64,000 bases of DNA. Source: Octopus sinensis (taxonomy: Eukaryota). The first letter of the stretch is position 1, and each line of letters opens with the position of its first letter. The notes beneath the pieces were generated by a model that worked only from the letters and a program-made list of their open reading frames with translations, had not been told where the DNA came from and made no database searches. Positions 40,789-54,672 of this stretch are shown piece by piece. The stretch lies in assembly GCF_006345805.1 (NCBI RefSeq), contig NC_043012.1, positions 46,810,001 to 46,874,000 of the forward strand. The letters run 5' to 3'. The position numbers and the translations under genes were made by a program.

Positions 40789-40821
<33 letters not shown>

Positions 40822-42440
40822 AATCAGGTCTTCTAGCTTCTATTATTCTGTCAGTCTGAATATTAAAATACCACATTTTATATTTCTTACTTTCTAGTAC
40901 TTTATTTGGTTCATGGGAATCAACTTGCTTTTTGTCTATCTTGGTTTTTATCCAATTTCTTCTTAATGCTTGATCTTGTGCAGGTACTAGCAAAACTCCA
41001 AACAAATTTCCTATCTCCTTCTTCAGCTTTGCTTTCTGCAACCATAACCATGTTTCACCACAACTATTTGCTGCAGCTATCTTTATGAATCTACCATGCA
41101 ATGCCTTCTACTGTGAATTGCTGTGACTCTAGCAGCTTCTAATATACTTACTTCACTATTATATACATAGAAGTCTATATCTACTCTAGCTAACTCCACG
41201 AAGTCTTCTATTTATATTAACTCTCTTCTACTTTCCTTTCTAGGTAGATATAATCTTGCTACTCCTGTCTTTGGATGGAGTCCTCCATTCATATTGAGTT
41301 ACATCCTAGTTCTTCTATCTAGCTTTGCTAATTCAATTTTTGTCCAACCTACAACAGCTGCCGAGTAATGATACTGCTTGGCCTTCACTAGATTCCGGGC
41401 ATTTAACTTTGACAACATTAGCTTCCGCACCCTTCTGATGTTCCACATTTTCGTTATCATTTCTATAGTTTCTGTCAGATTCTAATACTTCTAGATACTT
41501 ATAACTCTTTCCTCCTTTCAATGATTTTAATGTCTGGCCATCTGATAATTGGATGCCTTCGCTGTTGACACACTGACCCCTTTGCACGACTAATATTGCA
41601 CACAGATCTATAGCAAATTTCCTGCCTAAATCTTTGCTGAAAAATCTTACAGTCTGTATTAAGGAATCTATCTTTCATTCTTACTAATAAGCTGCAGATC
41701 ATCCATGTAGAGCAAATGGTTATTTCTGAATTGATACCCTGCTTTTGTCTTCTTTAATACTAAACTGAGAGGGATCAAACATAAGACAGATATTAAAGGG
41801 GGAAATAACTCCCCCTGGACAATTCCTCTTTTAGTATTAACTTTCCCTAAGACTGTGTCACCTGAGTAGAGATCTACTTTCCATTTCTTCATGCTAAAGC
41901 TAATTAATTCTCTTATGCTGTCTACTATACTGAATATACTTAGACTTTCACCTATCTATGAGTGTGGGATCATATTATAGGATTTCCTATTATATATCTA
42001 TGCTATTGTTAGATTTTTCTGTCTAGCTTTTACTCCATTTAGAACTGCTTTGTCTATATACAATAGATCATGCTTCCCCTCTAGCTTTCTTCCTGCAACC
42101 TTTCTGTTCTTCTCATAGTAAGTTCTGGTCATCAAGGTGCTCGTAAATGCTTTCTGAAAGCATTCTTGTTCACTTGGGTAAGCAGGTGATTGATCTATAT
42201 TTACTCATTAATGCACCAGTTAATCTTAAGTCACACTCTACTTCTTCCTTCACTTTCTTTAATCATACCGCATCTCCATTATGATTGACTGTCTTATCCC
42301 AAATATTACTCCAGAACTTTCTAGCTTCTTCTGCATTAGGTTTCTCATTTTCAGTACTTCGTTCACCATCATTTATTTTCTTATAAAATGTTCTCTGATC
42401 TTAAATAATCTATTTTGTTGATACTGATCTATTCTTTTGG
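40600..42440 (-). mobile_element. R4/Dong-like LINE fragment
   Basis: RGIVQGELFPPLISVLCLIPL, NHLLYMDDLQL, YKYLEVLESD, AQDQALRRNWIKTKID, ARRPDLVV…KCQIIDF and KVRVKCIPVVI. Confidence 0.8.
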
Positions 42441-42486
42441 GATATCTGCTAGGATACTCTGTTTCAACTCTTCTATTACTTCTGTT

Positions 42487-42501
42487 ATCATCATCATCAT
42501 C

Positions 42502-42577
<76 letters not shown>

Positions 42578-42642
42578 TATCATTATTATTATTATTATTA
42601 TTATTATCATTATTATTATTATTATAATTATTATTATTATTA

Positions 42643-42679
<37 letters not shown>

Positions 42680-42683
42680 ATTA

Positions 42684-42720
<37 letters not shown>
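42487..42720. repeat. (ATC)n(ATT)n microsatellite
   Basis: Read directly from the sequence. Confidence 0.95.
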
Positions 42721-42722
<2 letters not shown>

Positions 42723-43020
42723 GGTGGCGAGCTGGCAGAATCGTCCCAAACTTGCTGGCCTTGGGCCAAAATCTGAAACCATTATTATTATTATTATGAT
42801 TATTATCATTATTATTAAGGCAGCGAGCTTGTAAAATCATTTGCACACCGGACGAAATGCTTAGTGGCATTTGGTCCTTGACGTTCAGAGTTCACATTCC
42901 GCCTTGGTTGACTTTACCTTTCATCTTTTCGGGGTCGATAAATTAAGTACCAGTGAAACACTGGGGTCGATGTAATCGACTGGTCCCCGGCATTTCCATG
43001 GTTGTGCCTTTAGTAGAAAA
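42720..43020 (+). mobile_element. SINE family A (a short deleted copy plus a full copy)
   Basis: aaggtggcgagctggcagaatcg…; aaggcagcgagctt…ctttcatcttttcggggtcgataaattaagtaccagtgaaacactggggtcg. Confidence 0.8.
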
Positions 43021-44269
43021 GATATCGTTATTATTAAATGATTGAATTCGAAATATTTGAATTCTAAAGAAATTACAAGTAACAGATGTGATGAATTTGC
43101 CTTTTTCTTTCACTTGTTGCGAAGCTCTTTCAGTTTCTAGTCTGCAGTAATCATATATAGCACTATTTTATTGACTTAAGAAATTGTCAGCGTCATCTAA
43201 ATTGCGACTTATTAATCAAACATTATTTTATGACAAGAGGTATTTGAAGATGAACATAATTATAATTTGGAAGAAATTTATGGAATGTGATTTTCTTTTC
43301 TCCATAGAACGTTAGTAGTTTATGGATCGAGAAAAAAGGAAGTTTTTACTGCTTAGTTTAGCTATTATCACTTTCATTTATTTACTTACTTATTTACTTC
43401 TTTTTGCCGAGGAATCCTATCTTGAGAAAATAACTTTTAGTAGCCAATAATTTCATCTACAAACAACTCCACAAACCTCTTTCTGATATATTCTTTGGAA
43501 TTTAGACAAACGTGTCAAGCAGTACTTTCTTACAAGTAATCCTTCTCGCATGTAGTCAAACGTGCATCTATTCGCAGCACGCCTCTCTTGCCAATCATTA
43601 ACAATTTACAGCGGATTCCCGTGAAAATATAGCTGGAATTTTTAGAATTCAGATGGTATTATGAGGTGGGGTTAGAAGTTTGAAATTGAATAAAGGAATT
43701 ACGGAGAAAAAATGTACAGAAAAAAACGTTTAATTGTATGAGTCTTACTTTCATTTGTCAGACTTATCTAGAAGAACTCTTGATAGATATCTACTATAAC
43801 TGGCAGAAGAGTGGGAGTAATTTCTTGATCTTTGAGTCGAAGTGCTGTGGTGCTATTTAAATAGGAGCCAAACAAAAGGCTTTTATTTTCATAAATCTTT
43901 TAAACGTAATTTTTTATGCCTTGGCAATGTTTTCTAAGTTGTATTATCCAACACTTGTAGTCAATGTTCTGATAGGTGTTGCACAAAAATTTGCCTGACC
44001 AATCAATTCTATCTACAATAATCTCTGTTCACGTGGCACAATGTTAAGTGAGTATAGAACATGGTGTAGATGGGGCCCTCATCAAATAAGATGAAGTGTA
44101 TCTTTTCGATAGGTTTCACCTCTAATACTTGTAGGTTGTTCACATGACAGCCAATTTTGATTCTATCTTCCGCGGTTGGCTAGCCATAATGTACAGTGAT
44201 ATTTGCTTACTGGTCACAGTGAATAGTTACTTATGAGACCCATCAGTATCATGCACCCTTTCGCCAACA

Positions 44270-44500
44270 TTGATCCTTCTTATAGCAATAGCAGGTAAGC
44301 TTCCCAGATATCAGAAAAGAATAGATCAGTATCAACAAAACAGACTGCTTGAGACATATCAGAGGAGATTTTATGAGAAGCCTTGTGCTGAAGAAGCTAC
44401 GTTACGGAATGATATTTGTAATAAGCCAGTTAGTCATAAATCGGATGTAGCATGAAAGTGAAGGAAGAACTAGTTTGTGAGAAGCAGCCAGATCTAAGAC
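44270..44500 (+). mobile_element. R4/Dong-like LINE fragment (pre-RT region)
   Basis: AGKLPRYQKRIDQYQQNRLLETYQRRFYEK. Confidence 0.6.
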
Positions 44501-46499
44501 TAACTGGGGTATGAATGAGTAAAGTGTTAGAAATAATGCCAAATTGGAAGGTCCCATGACCAGATTCAGTTCAAGGGTATTATATGTTATGTTTTATCTT
44601 TTACTAGTTTCATTCCCTTTTACCTAACCGCTAAGTTAAAACTGACACCAACACTGGTTTTCAATCGCGGATGGAGGACAAACACATCCACAAAGACACG
44701 CTCACAGATATATATATATGCTTGAAAATCGGAGATAAGGAACGGCGATCAGGTGTCTTCTCCAGAAATACTAGTGGTTTTATATGTTTTTTTTCCATGA
44801 GCAGCCCTCGACCGTCTCCTCTCTATTGAGGAATACTCATTGTTAAACTGTTGTTACTACTTGTTTTTGTTAAAGGTATTTACACGCAAAGCCTTCACAA
44901 TAACTTGACGCCAGCGCACGCACAAACACACACATATTCCATGTTTTGTCTTGTGCTATCCTTAATGTTCTTATTAATGTAAACCCTTTCTGATTAATAA
45001 ACAAGGCGTCGTCATTATCATCATCTGTGCATGTCTGTATATTTATACGTGTATGTTGCATCTGCGTGCATGACCGTCTGTGTGTATGTGAATAGGTGTA
45101 AAACGAAAAGGGAGAAATAATAATGAAGAGACACACTACAGTAAACGTGCCATAGCTAGGAGAGACCTGTTTTAAATTAAAGAATCCACTTACTGGTTCA
45201 TTTAATTACAATATGAAGATTAATGACATAATTATACAATGAACATTAAAGGATAGAAACTTGGGTGTTATTTTCTATCAATAATAAGTGGAAATAGAAA
45301 ACTACATAAGGCGTTAACAAGTAAAATAACGATTTCAATGGAAATATATAATAAAGAGCATTTATTTGCCATTAGAAAAGAGGTTTTCATAATTAAGTGA
45401 AAGAAAACGAGTGTTTGGTGTTATTTCTTCTATTGGAGTTAGATAAATGAAAATGCATTTTACTTATAGGATATTAGTTTAAAAGGATCACGATGTAATT
45501 CTGATTCCGAAGAATTCTATATAAGTGAATGATAAATGGTTTTAGTTTGTCAATTATTAATGAGTTGTCTTTAATGAAGATTAACTCTGTTGAAAATGAG
45601 AATTATAATCTGCGAGGAAGGCAGTTTTTAAAAGTGTATATGACTATAATAAGCTTTAGTCTTAGTCAATTATTTTCAATGTATTATTATACTTAGGAAG
45701 AAATTGCACAGGTATAACAGAAATGAGCTCTCATCCAAATGACGTTTATGTTTCGATGCGTTTGCCAGCGTTTTTGTATGTCTAAGCCATAGAATACAAT
45801 GTAAACAGAAATTAAGCAGCCCTGTAGGATAATTACTTTCTAAACATATGTTTATGAATAGCAATATGGATGTTTGCTTACACTTTTCTTGCTTCTTTCA
45901 ATGTTATCTCTTAGTGTAAGTGAAAACAAAATTTAAATGTTATTTTGCATTGATTGTTCGTTGTACGCTCTTGATGTATATTAATATGCTAGCCTGAATG
46001 AAATTATTCTGAAACAACAAATAATGTCTTTTTATTGTTCATTCAGACTAAAAAGATTTTGATAATATTATTTCTTATTGATAATCTTGTAACGTTGCAG
46101 ATTGTGATTTTCCCCCGTTTTTCAAAAAAAACATGAATGTTTTATTTTTCAGAGAACTATTTTTGTCATTATTCCATAACAAATAGAATAAATAACAATC
46201 GATTATGCTAGTAGGCAAACTGAAAATACGGAGGTAGATCAATATTTAATTCATATAATTTATAGCATTTCTATCGTAGCAGATACAAGGATTTATTAGT
46301 TTATTTACAAATGTATTCCATTAAAATATTCAATCTGAAAAATTCCTTAGACTGGACAGCCCTCAGCTTAAATGATGCACTGGGCCCTTTCCGTTGCCAA
46401 TCATGGCGACATTTGAACTTTAATAAAATGTTTCTGTTATCTTTTACTTGATTCAGTAATTAGACGGTGAAAATGGTGTGGCACCGCGTTGGATTTTAA

Positions 46500-46830
46500 A
46501 TTGAATCGATGGAGACCAGTGATTGTTTAAAGCTTAGCACTTATTCTATCGACTTCATTTGCCGAACCACTAGACTATTGGGACATACAGAGACCAACGC
46601 AGGTTATCAAGCGGTTGTGGTGTTAACAACAAACACACACGCGCTCTTTATCTCTCTCTCTCACACACACACACATACACTCAACTAATCCACAATGAGC
46701 TTTTCTCAGTTTCCTTCTACAAATGCATCAAGAAGACGTTGACTGTCCAGAGGTTATTGTAGTAGATAGTTGCTCAACCTGCACGCAATGGGATTGAACC
46801 CGCAGCCATAAGTTTCAGGGTTTTTACCAG
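46500..46830 (-). mobile_element. SINE family B, degenerate
   Basis: cttattctatcgac…gccgaaccactag…caacgcaggttatcaagcg…gcacgcaatgggattgaaccc. Confidence 0.6.
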
Positions 46831-47173
46831 TCTGCTATGCCCGTACATTTCGGAAATCTCTACAGTAATGTATCACCAATTTTTTTATAATTAGAGAAGA
46901 TTTTGAAGGGTGGTGGTAATGGAGGTAAATATGTATGTACATAGATGAATCTGTCGAAAATCTTATTAGAAGTGCTCATGCGAAACATTTTCAACCTAAA
47001 TTTAAGTATCCGTGGCAATATTCAGAAATCGTTATAAAATGTCATGAAATAATTGGGTGGATTTTAAAAATGAGGCATTAATGCACACAACGAACTGTAG
47101 CATTAGTTTGTAGTTTTCCTTTCATCTAAACGTAATTTAACATAAATATCTATATACTGGTATGCTATACAAA

Positions 47174-48050
47174 GGAACCTTTTCGTCCACGTCTTTTGCT
47201 GCGGCATCTTTTTGTCCGATGATATTTTTTTCCAGTGACTTTTGTCAAATTTTAGATAAACTCTTTAGAAAACAAGGCGAAATATCTCTGATATATTCAC
47301 AGAACTATAACAAGCTTCGTTCTAAGATTGCTTTTATCGTTCCCTTTCGTTCTCTGTTAACAGTTTTCTTTTCTCTGTTTCCTTCTCTCTTTTAAGTATG
47401 GTGCTGTGTATAGAGAGTGCTGCCAATTTAGTGTACAGATTTTCAGTCTACCCATCCCGATATAACAAGTACATAGTATTGACAAAAAACAAAAGAAAAG
47501 TAGTTGATGAAAGTCAATACATCTACGATTTTCATTCAAGCAATACAAAACTAGGAAAAGAATATTGGAAATGTGAGAAAAGAAGAAGGCTGTGTTCATT
47601 GCGGAAAACAATAAGCCGAAAATTATTTTCTTGTGAGCACTTTCATCCAGCTGATGTAGATTCTTTAAATGCTAGAATAGCAGTTGCAGAAATAGAACAT
47701 GTAGCGGTGGAAAACTTAGCAGCAAGTTCGCGTAGCATACTAGCGGCTAGGTTTACGCAGCTAACAGAAAATACTTGCTCACAACTTCCTTGTATGCCTG
47801 TATTTTCAAGGACTATTCAAAGGTTCCGACAAAAAAATATTCTGGATTTCCCGCTAATCCAGGGGCTAGAACTGGTTTTTGAAATACCTGAAGAATATTG
47901 TAAACTTGATAATGGCGAACACTTTGTGAGGTACGTCGGGTATCGACAGGCAACAGTGCATACTAGTATTTGCATCAGAAAGTGCTCTCCAGGACATAGC
48001 ATCATATCGTCATTGGGGATGTGATGGAACTTCAAAATTGCGCCAGAACA
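47174..48050 (+). mobile_element. Mutator (MULE) element 5' part with FLYWCH-type zinc finger
   Basis: YIYDFHSSNTKLGKEYWKCEKRRRLC…CEHFHP (FLYWCH-like), followed by RTIQRFRQK…EIPEEY. Upstream tttgtcc-type short repeats resemble MULE termini. Truncated by a SINE. Confidence 0.65.
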
Positions 48051-48054
48051 GTGG

Positions 48055-48460
48055 TTTCCAGCTCTTTTACTCTTTTACCTGTTTCAGTCATCTGACTGCG
48101 GCCATGCTGGAGCACCGCCTTTAGCCGAGAAAATCGACCCCGGGACTTATTCTTTGTAAGCCCAGTACTTATTATATCGGTCTCTTTTGCCGAACCGCTA
48201 TGTGACGGGGACGTAAACACACCAGCATTGGTTGTCAAGCAATGCTAGGGGAACAAACACAGACACACAAACACACACATACACATACACACATATATAT
48301 ACATATATTCGACAGGCTTCTTTCAGTTTCCGTCTACCAAATCCACTCACAAGGCATATAGCAGAAGACACTTGCCCAAGATGCCACGCAGTGGGACTGA
48401 ACCCGGAACCATGTGGCTGGTTAGCAAGCTACTTACCACACAGCCACTCCTGCGCCTATG
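48055..48460 (-). mobile_element. SINE family B, full length (reference copy)
   Basis: Minus strand: GGCGCAGGAGTGGCTGTGTGGTAAGTAGCTTGCT (A-box) …CCGGGTTCAGTCCCAC (B-box), an internal microsatellite, then the tail …gcagtcagatgactgaaacaggtaaaagag. Confidence 0.9.
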
Positions 48461-48659
48461 TTTTACATTCATGTATTAAAGGTAGCAGTTTAAGGTAGGT
48501 CAAGTACTAGGCTACATAATAAGTCCTGGGGTCGATTTGTTTGACAAAAAACACATCAACTCCTGGCCGCAGACAAATGACAGAAAGATGTAAAAGAATA
48601 AAAGAATACATACATACATACACATACATACATACATACATACATACATACATACATAC

Positions 48660-48695
<36 letters not shown>

Positions 48696-48821
48696 ACACA
48701 CACACACACACCACACACACACACATATATATATATATTATATATATATATATGCATGTATTTATATATGTATGTATGTATGTATATCTCCCAGAAATAT
48801 ATATAAAGCGCAGGAGAGCTT

Positions 48822-49481
48822 ACTTACTTATTTCCCATCTTCAGTGTAGCATTTCAAATATAAATTTGAGAGTGCTAGGATTAAATATGTACTCGATCGA
48901 GCGCCATCTCATAACTGATATTTAACCAATACTTCGAAAAATATACAGCCAAATGTGAACACATATTCATCCTCAATACCCACGTGTGTGTCTGAAAGAT
49001 CTTTTACGGTAGTAGAAAAGGAAGTTTAGCTCCTGTTTCTAAATTCGGTGCGTGGCGAAGCAATTAGCTGACCCCGAATTATAATTACGTTTGCAATTAT
49101 AGAATATTTGTATAATTTTACCTACAATTATTATTTTAACGTACCGATCTACTTGGTAAACTTGATTACTAAATTGATTACTTAATTAATTTTACCCTTT
49201 TATTATTAATATCGAAATTATAATTTACTTCTTGATTGAAAAGTGCAGTTTCTGCGAGATTGCCCGTAACACACACGTGGCGATTGAGGATCAATATGTG
49301 TTCACATTCAGCTGTATAGTTTTTGAAGTGTTGGTTGAATATCGGTTATGCGATAGCGCTCGATCACGTGCATTTAATCCTAGAACTCTCAGATTTATAT
49401 TTGAAATGCTGCATTGGCACTGAAGATGGGAAATAAATAAGTAAATATAACTTTACTTCAATCTCGAAACGCGTATGTAGC
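48822..49481. repeat. Inverted pair of ~170-bp arms (48822-48991 and 49269-49446) with hammerhead cores at the outer ends
   Basis: Arms align at roughly 80% by eye. The left arm has GCUACA-CUGAAGA-UGGGA on the minus strand; the right arm has the complete motif on plus. Confidence 0.75.
49408..49481 (+). ncRNA. Type I hammerhead motif with stem I disrupted by a small insertion
   Basis: CUGAAGA (49420-26), U, GGGA…UCUC, GAAAC (49466-70), GC loop, GUA, UGUAGC. The sister arm shows the intact partner GCUACA. Confidence 0.55.
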
Positions 49482-49677
49482 TAATCTGAGTCGTTTGGAT
49501 CCGTTATTTTTTTTCTTTTTGCCTATATAAAGAAGTGCATTACTGTATGGGAGAGCTTTACATTTGTAGAAAAGGAATTTTAGCACATATTTCTAAATTC
49601 AGTGCGGGGCGAAGCAATTAGCTGATCCCCTAATTATAATTGTTTATAACTATAGAATATTTGTGTGTATATATATA

Positions 49678-49775
<98 letters not shown>

Positions 49776-49851
49776 GTATGTATATATATGTATATCTCAT
49801 TTATGTATACACATACATATACATACATACATACATACATACATACATACA

Positions 49852-49887
<36 letters not shown>

Positions 49888-50030
49888 TATACATACACAT
49901 ACTTTTCACAGAAATTGCTTATAGAATTGTTAGTATCACTGAAGTCATGACGAAAACATTATTTAAACAGACAACGCTAATGGAGATTTTTTTATTTTCT
50001 TCTATTCTTCTATTATTTCTTATTCTCCCG

Positions 50031-50772
50031 ATGGCCAGTTGCAAGACTGTTCAGGAGCTAGCTTAGATAGTAGCACACTATGAAGTGTGGAATTCCAATG
50101 TTGCGGGTCAAAGATGGTGGCGTGCATGAAAAGCTAAGCATGCCACACTATGTCCAGAGACAATAAAAAGCTGTCACGCAGAGCTGATGACTACGGGCTT
50201 TGTGAACAATGCAAGAATTGGCCCCCAACCATATCGCAATCAACAGAGAACAGTGGCAAGAATGCAGGAAATGTTTAATCACAGCTCGCAAGAATCAACA
50301 CGTCAAGCAACTTATGAAAGTGGACTAACAAGGCACACAATACGTATGGCGTTGCATAAAAAATTGAATTTTAGTCCATGAAATCCTCATTGCGTGCAGG
50401 AGTACTGTGACTGCAGAAGTCCAGAACTCCAGAACTCCAAGAAGTCCAGATCGCCTTCCATGTGATTTTTACCTCTGGGGTTACACAAAAGAGGTGTACA
50501 AGACAAAACCTCGCACAGTGGAGGACTTGGTGACAAGGATTCAGAAGTTTCTCTGTGAAATCCCAGACGACGTCCTCCAGAAGGTTGTTCATTTCATATC
50601 TGGCCGTTTGAGGAAACTGGTTGGCACCAGCAGTGCTTACGTTGAAATATGAAGATTTACTTTTATTTTCCCATGTAATAAATAACATGTATCATTTGTT
50701 TCAATAAATTTGTGAAAGGAATAAGGATTTTATTACCAATTTTTAATGCCTACTTACTTTTCACCCACTCTG
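50031..50772 (+). mobile_element. Internally deleted Tc1/mariner transposase pseudogene with right TIR
   Basis: [17 protein letters not shown]… (HTH), QESTRQATYESGLTRHTIRMALHKKLNF, then PRSPDRLPCDFYLWGYTKEVYKTKPRT. Right end reads cacccactctg|ta. Confidence 0.8.
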
Positions 50773-50776
50773 TATG

Positions 50777-50841
<65 letters not shown>

Positions 50842-53800
50842 GACTGAAGCTGTATTTAAAAAAATACTAATATTAAATAAATAAATAAAATAAAGACAGA
50901 AACCTACACTTTGTTTAGTTGTTTTATCATATGCTTCAAATTATAATATGATTTGTTGGGACAATATCCTTTATAGTTATTCTTCTTTGCTAGTTTCTTA
51001 ATTGTACCGTTTCAAGTTAATAGTTCAAAGTGGCGCAATATTAAACGAGTGTTCTTTTCAAGAAAAATCCAAATACCTTTTCCTTATTCAAATCCGTACA
51101 TTATCCCGATTTTATCTGCCTTGACAATAGGAAAACAAAGAGATATGAGGAAAGTGAAAGGGGAAGACGAGAAAATAAACGAAAGATATAAATAAAAGTG
51201 AGAGATAGGGAAAATGAGATATCAAAAAAGAGAAGTAGAGAAGATGCGTGGAAACGCGTTAACAAGAAGGAAACCAATTATAATTCTACAAAATAAACGA
51301 TCATCACGTAATTAGAAATAGAAGGGCTTCTATATTATCGCATAAAACAAGAAAAACGTATATCGAAAAAATAAAATAAAAAACACAGATTAATTATAAT
51401 TTCATGGTAATGAGTGTTCTTAGGAATGTGAACAAGGAGAATAAACGAAAAATGAAGGAAAACAATCATATGATTTTAAAGAAATTTGGCTAAATAAAGG
51501 AAAACAAAATTTCTATTAGTTGTAAATGATTTTGCACATTCAAATCAAATATCAGAATTTTGTTCTAGTTCTTCAGCTCTATCATTCTGATTAAATTGTA
51601 GAAAACAATAGGTTTAGCACAAATACGTACGAAAGTTTTAAAATAATTGAAGTACAAAAAAGGAATGAATAGAATTAATTCGCTTAAATGTTAGTGAATA
51701 TTTGGATTAAATAATTACGAAAAACTACACTGAAACAAATAAACGATAAATTTGTTTCCCGAAGCTAGAGAGTGAATAGAATCAGAAACAAATGAAATAA
51801 ATCAAAGAACGAAAAAGAAATCCATTTGAACTTAGAAATATTCGTGTGATGGCTGAAGAACTTTTACGGATTTAAATTGCTTGTAGAATTAATTTATGGA
51901 TTTGAATTTAATCACTACAAAAACAAAGTCAACTCGGCAACAGTAACAGCATGCTTATCGTCATTACAGTCATGGCCGACTACATTTGAAATTTTTCGAA
52001 CATAAATAATGAATCACATATACGCGTATATCTGTGTATATGTAATATTCATGTACACACGATTTTTACTGATATATTTTTGACAACTTGGCAAAAACAC
52101 TTATTTATTTGGAGTCAAACCTCACTAGAATGGTAAAACATTCTTCGTGGTACTTCATGGAGTCTTAATGCAAATCAATTCATAATAGGCGTCATGGTAT
52201 CTAAATATGATACCTCAAAACTATTATAGTGTATTAGTTAAATCAACGTTAGCTTATATGCTGATGTATCATTGCATCTACATTATTGTTGTAATTATTG
52301 ATGCAACCTATCCGGATTCCGAAAGGCAAGTTTTTTTTTATTTAGTTTGGGACAATATGTTGTATTCGTATTCTCGAAATTGATGTACTTTGTATTCAGA
52401 AGGGAATATTTGTTTGTTCATGTCTACGGGCAAAAAATACGAGCAGAGATATTTCGGGAGATATTGCTGGAGCACGACACTAATCAAAGTAAGGAATTGG
52501 TATGACAAGCAGGTTAGAAGAATTTTGATTATCGTTGTTTGATTTCAATTTCAATCCCGATCCTTGATAAAATGTGGTCTAGCAAATATAATCCCGGTGC
52601 TTCTTCTGACTACGAGTCAAGAAATCTTAATTAATCTTTGCAGAAATTGGATTAATTGATTCCAGCAGTAGTAGATTTATACGAGAGGAAAAGTCCTATT
52701 TAAGAGATAAGAACCAATGGTACATACAACCTGTAATTTCACATACTATTCTGAATGATAGACTAAAGGAATTCTTTTTAGTGATAGATGAGGAAGAACA
52801 TCATTTTTGCTGTACATCATCATGCGGATCAGCAATGAACAGAAGAAACTCTCATTTCCGGTTGACATGCGGAGCAATCTTCACATGTTTCACTAACTCC
52901 TTGAAGAGAAAAGCCCCATATAAGGCAAGAAAGATGCGCATGGGTTTGTCTTCCGCAAGCTAGACATATGTGATAAAATCAGGAGATCCGAATCATGGAA
53001 TTCTAACCCCGATATCACATTATTTCTTACAAGCTATGCAGTTGCAATCCAAGAAAAAGCTACGAAATATCTCATGGCCAAATGGAAGAGTGAAGGCTTT
53101 TAAACAGAATGGGCTATGTCCAAAGATATTACCGAGATACCACATGATATATGTGAAAATATATGCAATGACCATTTTGCATACATGTCTGCGCCTCTGC
53201 AATGGAATACATAAATATCAGCACATGGAGTTTTGGCGCAGCTTTCACTTTAAATTTCTATGGAATGCAGGCCTAAAACACCTGACGTTGTTAGATAGGA
53301 CAGAAAACTTGTCAACAATCATAGAGGTTACAAGTCTTGTCAATATTGACATGTCTTATAAAATGAACGAGAAAGCAGATATCTGTGGATAACTGCTTTG
53401 CAAAGTGAAACAATGGAATCCGGTTATGTTCATAAGTGTCCAGAAGCCACAATCTGAAGAAGCCAGTATTTTCAAAACAAAGAAAAGAAAAAGCCGGCTG
53501 AAAGGAACTTTACAGGTAAAATCAGAATGTAGGGCAGTAAGACATAGAGTTCGATATATATATACACACACATAGATATACATACATTACATACTGACAC
53601 ACATACACACATACACCCACACAAACATATACACATCAAAGGTAGAATAGAAAAACTCAATAAACGGAAACCGTCAAATCACAACATGCGACATGCGGAA
53701 CATATTTGATATACATAGATACATATACACAACCCGAAAATGTAAGTAGTAGCAGGCATTATGTATAGATAACCATATATTTATGTAGAGCTGAAATTTA

Positions 53801-54627
53801 CGTTGAACTCGGCAGAAAAGTATTAACAATTCTCTGATATATGTAACCAGAAGAGTTAAACTTATGGGAATTCACAATGGCAATAATTATCAATAAGTAA
53901 TAGATCGCTTAATTTAATACTTTAAATACTAAAAGGTCTGCCGCAATTATGAACAAACACAGGCGTACTGTGACGTATGTACAACAAAAGAGGAATCACA
54001 CTTGCACATACATAATCTCTCTCTCCCTCTCTCTTCTTTCATGGCAATCACACGCACACACACACACACATACATACATACATACATACATACATACATA
54101 CATACAAACAAAATATAGACAGACATAGAAAGAGAAATACTCATATACGAACACGCATGTAAATACTGATATTAACAGATTATTACATATACAATTTTGT
54201 TTGAATGATGGATTCGTTTAGGCAAGCAAGTAGGTTAATACGTAATCGCTTGCTTCCAATTAAATGAAATTCTACGATTGCACAGTTTCATTAAATTCAT
54301 ATAGATATCTATATGAAATAATTTCTCGTGGAATAACTCTAGAATTATATAAGCCAGATATTGCTTCATATATTTTGCTTCTCATTTTCATGACGGAAAT
54401 TGTGAATAGTAAAATATAGGTTGTTGTTAATTCTAAGAATCCGTGCTCCACACTCAGCTCTAGGTGTTACACTTTAAAAGAAAATACACTGATAGCTGAA
54501 TGTAATTCTTATGTTACCCGAAAAAAAGTATTTCTGATTTTGATAATCAGTGAATAGACTTCACTGAAATTTAGATATATACATAACGAGTCGACACAGA
54601 TATCGTCAGCTGACCGGTGTCTGCTAC

Positions 54628-54672
54628 TCTAGGCCGACGAAGGACGATCATCCTGAAACACGTGTCCCTAGA
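54628..54672 (+). ncRNA. Type I hammerhead ribozyme (U4C variant)
   Basis: UCUAGG-CCGACGA-AGGA(CGAUCA)UCCU-GAAAC-ACGU-GUC-CCUAGA: perfect 6-bp stem I extendable by CUGC/GCAG and CCGG/CCGG, 4-bp stem II, palindromic helix III loop. Confidence 0.75.

Noticed and set aside
48380-48455. tRNA-like A and B boxes in SINE heads
   Set aside because: They are embedded in multi-copy SINEs with no complete cloverleaf, so they are not tRNA genes.
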